From Mobula hypostoma (Eukaryota): a stretch of 64,000 nt of DNA. A model generated the notes under the pieces. The model was not told the DNA's origin. It was given only the letters and a program-made list of their open reading frames with translations, and did not search any database. The DNA is taken from NCBI RefSeq assembly GCF_963921235.1, contig NC_086120.1, forward strand, positions 8,556,001-8,620,000, given 5' to 3'. A program made the position numbers and the translations under genes. Shown piece by piece: positions 1-10,747 of this stretch. How positions within the stretch are numbered: position 1 is the first letter of the stretch; the number at the start of each line of letters is the position of its first letter.

Positions 1-1627
1 AGTCCGCTCCGCCCACGCCTCCACCCCTTTAGGGGTGAATGTTATTCCAAAGACCAGGCCATAGATGGACCATTCAGACCACTCTTTCCCCTCCCTCCTG
101 ACAGTATTGACAGCCCCTGGCCCCGCCCCATCGGGGCACCAACAGACACTGGCGATCCCACCTCCGTGATGTCAGCGCAAGCCCGCCTGAAGCAAGGTCT
201 GAGACCGCCAATTTATCAAACTTTTGCGCTACGGTTTCAACTTCACCATCTGCTTTAACCGCACTGAAAAATCGAATTCACAATTCATCCAAGGTACGAA
301 TATCCACCCCACTCAATCTGTTACTAACCGTAATCCCACAGAGGTACACAATACTAACTGTAATCCTACAGGGAGACACGTTACTGACAGCAATCCCACA
401 AAGACACAGCAGCACTAATTTAAAAATGGCAATCACACAGCACCCTACAAAAATCCACATCCTGGACGATAGCCGCCACAATGTAGCCCCCTGGTAAACC
501 TCAGTCTCGCTCAGCTCCCTTCCGTCTAGGGAGAGCAGCCTTCGGCCCTGCCAAACTGGGTATTCAAGTTTGTGTGGATGCTGTGTGTTGTGTCCCCTGT
601 CTAACATAAGTACCGAAAAATAACACTCAGTCCACACTGTGCTGTTAAATGATTAAGCTTTTATATTTAAGTATAGGAGTTAGTAGAGAAACAAATGAAA
701 AGGAAAACAAATCAAAGGTGCCAACAATCTCATAATCATGTCCAGTGCACAAACGTTGGAGCTCACAGATTCCCTTTCGTTGATCTTCCTTTGCTCGTCG
801 TCGACCCCTGGGCCCCGTCCCCTCAGGCCCCCCAATGGGTCCGGCAACTGTCTCCTCAAGCTACGTCTTCTCTCTTCATCCTCTTTACACCGTCTTCCCT
901 CGAAGCCCTCGCAAATTAACAGCTTTCACACAGACAGAAAGAATAACATCTATCACAATTGGTTAACTATTGAATACAAGTCCTGTTATCACTAATTATA
1001 ACCCAAACATACTGCTATAGAGAACCACTGTCTCAGCAGTTAACAGTACAGAGAAGCCATTTTATTCACCTTAGTGGTAATATAAAAGAAACATTCTCCA
1101 TTCATGGCTGTGGAAGTAACTTAAGAGAAAAAAAATAAAAGTTAAATTAAATGTTGTTGTCCAGCTTGACTAGCTCAGTATTGCTCAAGATTTGGATGAT
1201 GAAGGTGACAGGATGATATGCAGATGCCTCCCTGCCTGTGCTCACTAACAAGAGCTGGAAATAGATCATGACAGTGGTGAGGTTTTGTTGACCTTTGTTC
1301 TGGACTGTCTAGCTAATAGAGGAACTGATTGCACACGTACACTACCAATTTTATGTATCGTGCAGGAATATTTGTAAACTGGCTGATACCTAAAAAGAGC
1401 TTCTCGAAGTCGCTGACTAATTATCTTTAACTGTTGGCTGTTGCCGAAAATTTACTGAATAATTTTAAGATGTAACCTGACATTGGCGGAGTTGTGATCT
1501 CGCAAAAGAGAGTTAAACATACACCAAAGTCTGTGTCTTTAATTCTGTTTCATAATAGGGTAAATTTTCTTACAGTAAAATAGGGTAAAACAGGGCAATC
1601 TGGTGACAAAATTCTTTGACAGTACTT

Positions 1628-1645
1628 TGGGGACGAGGATGGGAT
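1628..1645 (+). promoter_or_regulatory. Putative retroelement primer-binding site (tRNA-Ser(GCT)-like) of a decayed LTR element
   Basis: TGGGGACGAGGATGGGAT differs at one position from TGGCGACGAGGATGGGAT, the complement of the 3' end of vertebrate tRNA-Ser(GCT) as I recall it. An LTR-like stretch precedes it, but I could not define LTR ends or a gag ORF. Confidence 0.5.
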
Positions 1646-2429
1646 CCCTACGATATGGGATTCCGAAGGAACCCATCCATGATACTTGCTTGAAAAGATA
1701 GAAGTTCGCTCGAGGAAGAGGGGTGAAGACCGGACACGGATGCCTGAGCTGTCCCACACCAGCTTGTGACCACCCCTGAGTTCGAGTAGAGGAACAAGAT
1801 GATGACTGGAAGAAGGGACATTGAAGGCTCCGGGAGAATACATTTAGATTAAAAGATAAGAGAAGAAACTACGGTGTGTGGTAGATGATTGGCTAACCAT
1901 TGGGGCGAAGGGATTGTAAATAATATCTGTAAAGAATATTGGATCTTATATAGTTGTTAAAAGATGGTTTTAATAGTAACTGGAGTAGGAAATAGGTAAA
2001 AGTAATGGTGCATAACAACGTAAGTGTCAAGAAAAATCACCAAGGGATGAATCATCTCTCCAATTGAGGCATGTCAATACACTAATAAAGGCACCGATTA
2101 ATAAGTATGTATACGGAGGAAAGTTGAAAAGTATGAGAAGGCAAACCACCTCGTAGCTGATCCGCTTGTTCCCCGGGTTTAACTGCCGACAAGGTTTGGC
2201 GGGAAACATGGGACAGCAGGTACTGTGTCACATCCTCGAGCGATTTGTATGGATAGAGTTGTGTTTGTTGGCCGTATAGTATGTCTTTCAATTCAGAGAA
2301 AATTCTGTACTGGAAACACGAAACAGAAGCTGGAAATGGGGATCCGAACTGGGACTTAGAATATGTGATGTGGGATGTATAGGTCCTTGAAGTGCTGGTG
2401 GATGTAGCTGGTTGCGCCTTTCCCAGTTT

Positions 2430-3600
2430 CTCCTGACATTGAAACCGCTTAGACTGAGCAGCAAGGTGGAGGTATTCGTTGAGTCTGCAATCCCCTTATA
2501 AACAGTCCTCTCCAGCTTCTCTAATCCTGTGACAATTTCCTTCATTCATTCAGATTGATGTGACATTTTCTCAGTTGGATCTTGATATTGACTTTGAACC
2601 GCTTCTTTCTGCCCACCAGGATTGCACTTTGCATTCTTGCGCTGGCCAAACAGGAGTTGTTTAGGTCGGCAAGAGTCAGGCATGCAGATAATATGATCAA
2701 CCTATCGCAAATGGTGTTGAGTCACTATTGTGGCTACGGAGATAAGGTTAGCTTCCTCCAGGAGGCTTGAGTTAGTGCGCTTGTTCTTCCAGCTACCTCT
2801 CAGAATCTTTCTGAGGCAACTTTGATGGTTCTTTTCAAGATGTCTGCTCTATGTTGTCCATGACTCTGCTCCATGTAGAAAGGAGGGAAGGACCAGAGCT
2901 TTGCAGATTGGAAGCTTGGTGCTGGTCATGATAACCCAACATTGAAAAAAAAACTTTTTCTCAGCCTGGCGAAAGCTCAAAATAAAACATAGCCTATTCT
3001 TTGATCTATTTCAAGGTCAATTTTTGGCACTTGAAGAAAGAAGGCTGCCAAGATATAGGAAATGCTCAGTGTTATCCAGAGGGATGTTGTCACCTTGGAT
3101 GGTTGGAGGTTTAGAGCCGGATTTGGAGCAGGTTGGTGCACAACTTGGGCTTTCCTGATATTTAGATCATGTCCCTGGAATCGTATGCTCTGCAGAAAGC
3201 ATTCAATGTGCATTGCAGATCCTCTTCAGAGAGAGCTATGCTGATGTTGTTGGCTTCATATTGGAGCACAATGACAGAAATAGTTGACACCTTGCTCCTT
3301 GCCTTGAACCTGTTAAGGTTAAATAACCCTCCATATGTCCTGAAGAGAATCTGGAGTCCTTGTAAGAGGTTTTAGCCTGTGAGGTGAAGAATGTTTGGAA
3401 TTGAAACAGCAAACAGAGTTAGGGCATTGATTCAGCCCTGTCTAACCCCAGCCGCGCCTTGAAAAGTGATGTTGTGGCTGATGACTGTTCCAAAAATATC
3501 GCTGAAAAAACTGAAGGATCTGGATGTATTTTTCCGGGCACCCAATGTTGGACAATACCAGCGAAAGGAAAGGACAATTTACAGAGTCAAATGCTTTTTG
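2430..3600 (-). mobile_element. RTE-clade LINE remnant (degraded RT C-terminal region)
   Basis: Minus-strand translation around 2580-2710 gives (W)xGH-IICMPDSCRPKQLLFGQ...PGGQKKRFKVNIK, the characteristic RTE C-terminal motif. Many stops and frameshifts; boundaries approximate. Confidence 0.65.
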
Positions 3601-3719
3601 TAAGGTCTATGAAGGCCATATTAAGTGAGAGACTTTGTTGCTGGGCTTTATCCTATAATTGACGTGCTGTAAAGAGCATTTCAGATGCTCGTGTGGCTGG
3701 ACGGAAGCCACACGGAGGC

Positions 3720-5323
3720 TCAGGCAAGAGGTAGTAAACACAGGCACCAAACATGGTGGTGCCGTCAACATCACGGCCTCTGTCCCAGATGAGCTCAAGT
3801 GCTTTTAAGCTCGGTTCGATGTCGCTAACTCTGAGCCCCCGAGGAAAGCCACCGCTATAATCTGCAGCTTGATTGCCTCTGAGGCTGAGGTACACTGATG
3901 TTTCCAATGGGTTGACAGTTGCAAGGCGAGTACTCAAGATGTGCACAGCACAACTGGCAGGTGCGTTTACAAACTTTTTAATCTCTCCCTCTCCCAGTGT
4001 AGGGTGCCCTCCTGCTTCAAATTATCCACCATTGTCCCTGTACCAAAAAAGACCAAGGTAACATGGCTGAACGTCTGACATCCTGTCGTGCTCACCTCAA
4101 TAATACACAAATGCTTTGAGAAGCTGGTCAAGAACTACATCTGCAACATGCTACCACTCAAATTCTACCCCATACTGTTTGCCTACCGACATGACAGATT
4201 GACAGACGACGCAATAGCCACTGCTCTACAAACCACCCACGTCTAGAGAAGAAGGATGTTTATGTGAGAATGCTCTTCTTGGAATACAGTTCTGCATTCA
4301 ACACCATAATTCCATCCAGACCCAACAGGAAACATAAAAACACAGAAAATTTTTTTAAAAAACTACCGTACAAAACAGGCCCTTCGGCACACAAAGTTGT
4401 TGCGAACATGCACCTGCCTTAGAAATTACTAGGCTTACCTACAGCCCTCTATTTTTCTAAGCTCAGGGACCTCGGCCTTGACCTTGCCTTCTGCAGCTGG
4501 ATCCTGGACGTCCTGTCAGATCGCCACCAGTGGGAAGAGTGGGCTCCCTCACCTCCACCCCTCTGACTCTCAACGTAGGAGTCCCTCAGGGCTGTACTAA
4601 TTCCCCTCCTTTACTCCCTGTATACCCATCAGTGTGTCGCCACCCAGAGCTCTGATCTACTAATTAACTTTGCCAAGGACGCTACATTGATTGGCCTAAT
4701 CTCAAACAATAACGAGGTGGCCAACAGGGCAGAAGTCATCTTTCTGACACAGTGCGATCAAGAAAACAATCTCTCCTTCAATGTCGCAATAGCAAAAGAG
4801 CTAGTTGTGGATTACAGGAGGAATTGAGACAGGCTAACCCATATTGACATCATTAGACCTAGGATTGAGAGGGTAAACAGCTCTGTATTCCACGGAAGCC
4901 ACATCACTGAGGAGTTCATGTGGTGTGTACACACCAGCTTTGTGGTGAAAAAGGCACAAGAGCGTCTCTTTCATCTCAGACGGTTGAGGAAGTTTGGTAT
5001 GGGGCCCCCAGAATCTAAGAACTTTCTACAGGGGCATAATTGAGAGCACCCTGACTGGCGGCATCACTGTCCGATATGGGAAGTGTATCTCCTTTAATCA
5101 CAGGATTCTGCAGAGAGTGGCATGGACAGCACATCTGGAGTTATGAACTTCCCATGATTCAGGACTTTACAAAGGCAGGTGTGGAAAAAGGGCCAGAAAG
5201 ATCATTGAGGACCGAAGTCAGCCTAAAAATAATCTATTCCAGCTGATACCATCTGGGAACTGTTACCTCAGTACAAAAGCCAGGACCAACAGGCTCTGGG
5301 ATAGCTTCTTCCAACAGGCTATC
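3720..5323 (+). mobile_element. Rex1/Babar-type LINE remnant, 5' part (RT domain, degraded)
   Basis: Decayed RT: ...[12 protein letters not shown](L)[34 protein letters not shown]...KCFEKLVK, followed by a GVPQG-like segment near 4580. It is interrupted at 5323 by the LTR array and resumes at 11841. Confidence 0.8.
4332..4464 (-). mobile_element. Short CR1 3'-end fragment inserted into the Rex RT
   Basis: Contains the CR1-type tail and the 'caggcccttcggc.cacaaagttgt' 3' UTR, also seen at 12880 and 63880. The Rex sequence continues on both sides (aggaa ... gctcaggg). Confidence 0.6.
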
Positions 5324-6462
5324 TGTCATAAGGAGGTGGCTAGGAACGGACCCAAGTGCAAGACACAGACACTGAAGTACTAGGGACAGGACTAGGAGAC
5401 AGGGTGAGGACAAGGACCTGGACACGTAAACTGGGATCCAGGAACAGGACTGGACCAGAGAGCTAGGAGCCCGAGCTTGGACTCCGAGCCAGAGACTGGT
5501 CAAGGACCCAGTACCTGTGTCTTTCCTCTGGCTCAGACCCCAGAACTAGACAAGTACGAGGCTTTTCTGGCAGACAGAACGAGGCTGGAGTCTTCAGACT
5601 TGAGGCTCGAGACTAGAGGCGAGGCTTGGCAGGAGGCAGGAGGCTGGAGTCTTCAGGCTTAAGGCGAGAGACTTCAGGCGATGGTTGGCAGGAGGCAGGA
5701 GGCTGGAGTTTTCAGGTATGATGCTGGAGACTAGAGGCTAGAGGCGAGGCCTTCAGGAGGCAGGAGACTGGAGTCTTCACGCTTGCGGCTAGAGGCATCA
5801 GACGAGGCTTGGCATGAGGCTGGAGGCTGGAGACTTGACTGGAGGCCGGAGACTAGAGGCTCCTCCTGGGTAGGGTGCTGTAATCCTGGGCAGGGCGTGG
5901 AAATCATGGGCAGGGTGCAGAACTCCACCCGATGAAGGCAAAGGTTAGGAAGGGACAGAACAAACCGCAGGTAACGGCAAGATGGCCTGGCTTACCAGAT
6001 GGAAGCAAGGGTTAGGAAGGGACAGAACAAACCGTAGGTAATGACAATACAGCCTGGCTTACCTGGGTGGAGGCAAGGGACAACAATTGAGCTAGGTACA
6101 GGGTGGCGCCAGGACAAGACTCCAACACGAGGCGCGAGTTACCAGCAAAACAAGGCAAGGCTTCAGGCAATACAAGGCAAGACGAGACCTTTAGGTGAGG
6201 CGAGAGTTACCGGCAAGACAAGGCAGGACTTCAGGCGAGGAAACAGAAGGCAGAGGAAGGGATACAAGGAGTAAGGACAAGAACAATCCAGCAACCATGG
6301 CCTGGTCTCTGAAGGTATTTATGCAGCCTGCCCCAACGAGCATCAGCTGCCTCAATTAAAGCTCAACAAGAACAGAAACAGGGTAGACAGGAAATCCTGG
6401 ATCAAGTGTCGATGGACCGGACAATGAACAGGAATACGGACTTCCCGGATCGGACCATGACA
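5324..6462 (-). repeat. LTR A of array (1139 bp, most divergent copy)
   Basis: Runs from TGTCATAAGG to GGACCATGACA and abuts the left TSD. Visibly diverged from copies B-E. Confidence 0.8.
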
Positions 6463-6627
6463 GGACATACCCCGCCTCTCTACAGGAGCCTCCTGGTGAC
6501 CAAACAGGGTATACAGACTATGAATGACATGAGCGGGTGGAAGGATATTTAACAGAAAGGAACACCGGGTGGCAAGAGGAAAATGACAATGTCTGTGTCA
6601 CTGGGTCCATGGGTGGCTGGATTTTTC

Positions 6628-7903
6628 GTCATACTGGGGTAGCTGGAAATGGACCCAAGTGCAAGACACAAACACTGAAGTTCTAGGGACAGGACTAGGA
6701 TACAGGGTGAGGACAAGGACGGACACATAAACTGAGAACCGAGAACAGGACTGGACGAAAAAGCTAGGACCCCTGCTTGGACTTTGAGCCAGAAACTGGA
6801 CAAGGACCCAGTACCTGGGTCTTGCCTCTGGCTCGGAGCCAGAACTGGGCAAGGACCCAGTACCTGGGTCTTGCCTCTGGCTCGGAGCCAGAACTGGGCA
6901 AGGACACAGTACCTGGGTCTTGCCTCTGGCTCGGAGCCAGAACTGGGCAAGGATGAGGTTTGGCTGGCAGGCAGTACAAGGCTGGAGTCTTCAGGCTTCA
7001 GGGTAGAGACCAGAGGTGAGACTTGCCAGGAACAGGATGCAGGAGCCTTCAGACTTGAGGGTAGAGACTTGAGGCGAGGCTTGGCAGGAGGCAGGAGGCT
7101 GGAGTCTTCAGGCTTGAGGCTTGGCAGGAGGCAGGAGGCTGGAGTCTTCAGGCTTGAGGCTGGAGAGTTCAAGCAAGGCTTGGCAGGAGGCTGGAGGCTG
7201 GATACTTGACTGGAGGAAGAGACTAGAGGCTCCTATTGGGTAGGGCACGGTAATCCTGGGCAGGGCCCGGTACTCCTGGGCAGGGCGCGGAACTCCACCC
7301 GATGGAGGCAAGGGACAGGAAGGGACAGAACCAACTGTAGGTAACGGCAAGATGGCCTGGCTTACGCAACGGAGGCAAGGGCTAGGAAGGGACAGAACAA
7401 ACAGCAGGTAACGGCAATACGGCCTGGCTTACCCGACGGAGGCAAGGGACTGGAAGGGACAGAACCAACTGCCGGTAACAGCAAGACGGCCTGGCTTACC
7501 TGGTCAGAGGCAAGGGACAGGAAGGGAGCTAGGTACAGTGTGGCTCCAGGACAAGACTGCAGGCGACATGAGGTGAGAGTTACCAGCAAGACAAGGCAAG
7601 GTTTCAGACAATGCAAAGAGAAATGAGACCTTCAGATGAGGCGAGAGTTACCGGCAAGACAAGACAGGACTTCAGGCGAGGAAGCAGAAGGCAGAGGAAG
7701 GGATACAAGGAGTAAGGACAAGAACAATCCAGCAGCCATGCCCTGGTCTCTGAAGGTACTTATGCAGCCTGCCCCAATGAGCATCAGCTGCCTCAATTAA
7801 AGCTCAACAAGAACAGAAACAGGGTAGACAGGAAATCCTGGAGCAAGTGTCGATGGACCGGACCATGAACAGGAATACGGACTTCCCGGACCGGACCATG
7901 ACA
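6628..7903 (-). repeat. LTR B of array (1276 bp)
   Basis: Runs from (T deleted)GTCATACTGG to GGACCATGACA. Near-identical to LTR C at a period of 1441 bp. Confidence 0.85.
6802..6948. repeat. 3 x 49-bp palindrome-containing tandem repeat inside LTR B (also 8243-8389 in LTR C)
   Basis: Unit AAGGACCCAGTACCTGGGTCTTGCCTCTGGCTCGGAGCCAGAACTGGGC starts at 6802, 6851 and 6900. It contains GACCCAG-TAC-CTGGGTC and CTGGCTC-G-GAGCCAG inverted repeats. Confidence 0.9.
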
Positions 7904-8068
7904 GGACACACCCCGCCTCTCTACAGGAGCCTCCTGGTGACCAAACAGGGTATCCAGACTATGAATGACCTGGGCGGGTGGAAGGGTATTTAACAGAAAG
8001 GAACACCGGGTGGCAAGAGGAAAATGACAGTGTCTGTGTCGCTGGGTCCATGGGTGGCTGGATTTTTC

Positions 8069-9344
8069 GTCATACTGGGGTAGCTGGAAATGGACCCAAG
8101 TGCAAGATACAAACACTGAAGTTCTAGGGACAGGACTAGGATACTGGGTGAGGACAAGGATGGACACATAAACTGAGAACCGAGAACAGGACTGGACGAA
8201 AAAGCTAGGACCCCTGCTTGGACTTTGAGCCAGAAACTGGACAAGGACCCAGTACCTGGGTCTTGCCTCTGGCTCGGAGCCAGAACTGGGCAAGGACCCA
8301 GTACCTGGGTCTTGCCTCTGGCTCGGAGCCAGAACTGGGCAAGGACACAGTACCTGGGTCTTGCCTCTGGCTCGGAGCCAGAACTGGGCAAGGATGAGGT
8401 TTGGCTGGCAGGCAGTACAAGGCGGGAGTCTTCAGGCTTCAGGGTAGAGACCAGAGGTGAGACTTGCCAGGAACAGGATGCAGGAGCCTTCAGACTTGAG
8501 GGTAGAGACTTGAGGCGAGGCTTGGCAGGAGGCAGGAGGCTGGAGTCTTCAGGCTTGAGGCTTGGCAGGAGGCAGGAGGCTGGAGTCTTCAGGCTTGAGG
8601 CTGGAGAGTTCAAGCAAGGCTTGGCAGGAGGCTGGAGGCTGGATACTTGACTGGAGGAAGAGACTAGAGGCTCCTATTGGGTAGGGCGCGGTAATCCTGG
8701 GCAGGGCCCGGTACACCTGGGCAGGGCGCGGAACTCCACCCGATGGAGGCAAGGGACAGGAAGGGACAGAACCAACTGTAGGTAACGGCAAGATGGCGTG
8801 GCTTACGCAACGGAGGCAAGGGCTAGGAAGGGACAGAACAAACAGCAGGTAACGGCAATACGGCCTGGCTTACCCGACGGAGGCAAGGGACTGGAAGGGA
8901 CAGAACCAACTGCCGGTAACAGCAAGACGGCCTGGCTTACCTGGTCAGAGGCAAGGGACAGGAAGGGAGCTAGGTACAGTGTGGCTCCAGGACAAGACTG
9001 CAGGCGACATGAGGTGAGAGTTACCAGCAAGACAAGGCAAGGTTTCAGACAATGCAAAGAGAAATGAGACCTTCAGATGAGGCGAGAGTTACCGGCAAGA
9101 CAAGACAGGACTTCAGGCGAGGAAGCAGAAGGCAGAGGAAGGGATACAAGGAGTAAGGACAAGAACAATCCAGCAGCCATGCCCTGGTCTCTGAAGGTAT
9201 TTATGCAGCCTGCCCCAACGAGCATCAGCTGCCTCAATTAAAGCTCAACAAGAACAGAAACAGGGTAGACAGGAAATCCTGGAGCAAGTGTCGATGGACC
9301 GGACCATGAACAGGAATACGGACTTCCCGGACCGGACCATGACA
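8069..9344 (-). repeat. LTR C of array (1276 bp)
   Basis: Same terminal 1-nt deletion and same 3 x 49-bp repeat as LTR B. Confidence 0.85.
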
Positions 9345-9509
9345 GGACACACCCCGCCTCTCTACAGGAGCCTCCTGGTGACCAAACAGGGTATCCAGAC
9401 TATGAATGACCTGGGCGGGTGGAAGGGTATTTAACAGAAAGGAACACCGGGTGGCAAGAGGAAAATGACAGTGTCTGTGTCGCTGGGTCCATGGGTGGCT
9501 GGATTTTTC

Positions 9510-10582
9510 TGTCATACTGGGGTAGCTGGAAATGGACCCAAGTGCAAGACACAAACACTGAAGTTCTAGGGACAGGACTAGGATACAGGGTGAGGACAAG
9601 GACGGTCACATAAACTGAGAACCGAGAACAGGACTGGACGAAAAAGCTAGGACCCCTGCTTGGACTCCGAGCCAGAAACTGGACAAGGACCCAGTACCTG
9701 GGTCTTGCCTCTGGCTCGGACCCAGAACTGGGCAAGGATGAGGTTTGGCTGGCAGGCAGAACGAGGCTGGAGTCTTCAGGCTTGAGGGTAGAGACCAGAG
9801 GTGAAGCTTGGCAGGAGCAGGATGCAGGAGCCTTCAGACTTGAGGCTAGAGACTTGAGGCGAGGCTTGGCAGGAGGCTGGAGGCTGGAGTCTTCAGGCTT
9901 GAGGCTAGAGAGTTCAAGTGAGGCTTGGCAGGAGGCTGGAGGCTGGATACTTGATTGGAGGCCAGAGGCTAGAGGCTCCTCTTGGGTAGGGCGCGGTAAT
10001 CCTGGGCTGGTCCCGGTACTCCTGGGCAGGGCGCGGAACTCCACCCGACGGAGGCAAGGGACAGGAAGGGACAGAACAAACAGCAGGTAACGGGAATACA
10101 GCCTGGCTTACCCGGCGGAGGCAAGGGACTGGAAGGGACAGAACCAACTGCCGGTAATAGCAAGACGGCCTGGCTTACCTGGTCGGAGGCAAGGGACAGG
10201 AAGGGAGCTAGGTACAGTGTGTTTCCAGGACAAAACTGCAGGCGACATGAGGCAAGAGTTACCAGCAAGACAAGGCAAGGTTTCAGATAATGCAAAGAGA
10301 AATGAGACCTTCAGGTGAGGCGAGAGTTACCGGCAAGACAAGGCAGGACTTCAGGCGAGGAAACAGAAGGCAGAGGAAGGGATACAAGGAGTAAGGACAA
10401 GAACAATCCAGCAGCCACGCCCTGGTCTCTGAAGGTATTTATGCAGCCAGCCCCAACGAGCATCAGCTGCCTCAATTAGAGCTCAACAAGAACAGAAACA
10501 GGTTAGACAGGAAAACCTGGAGCAAGGGTCGATGGACCGGACCGTGAACCAGAATACGGACTTCACGGACCGGACCATGACA
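9510..10582 (-). repeat. LTR D of array (1073 bp)
   Basis: Intact TGTCAT...ATGACA termini; single 49-bp unit. Confidence 0.85.
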
Positions 10583-10747
10583 GGACACACCCCGCCTCTC
10601 TACAGGAGCCTCCTGGCGACCAAACAGGGTATACAGACTATGAATGACCTGGGCGGGTGGAAGGGTATTTAACAGAAAGGAACACCGGATGGCAAGAGGA
10701 AAATGACAGTGTCTGTGTCACTGGGTCTATGGGTGGCTGGATTTTTC

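Noticed and set aside
6802-6948. Palindromic 49-bp repeats as a CRISPR-like array
   Set aside because: The units are directly adjacent with no unique spacers, there are no cas genes, and the context is a eukaryotic LTR.
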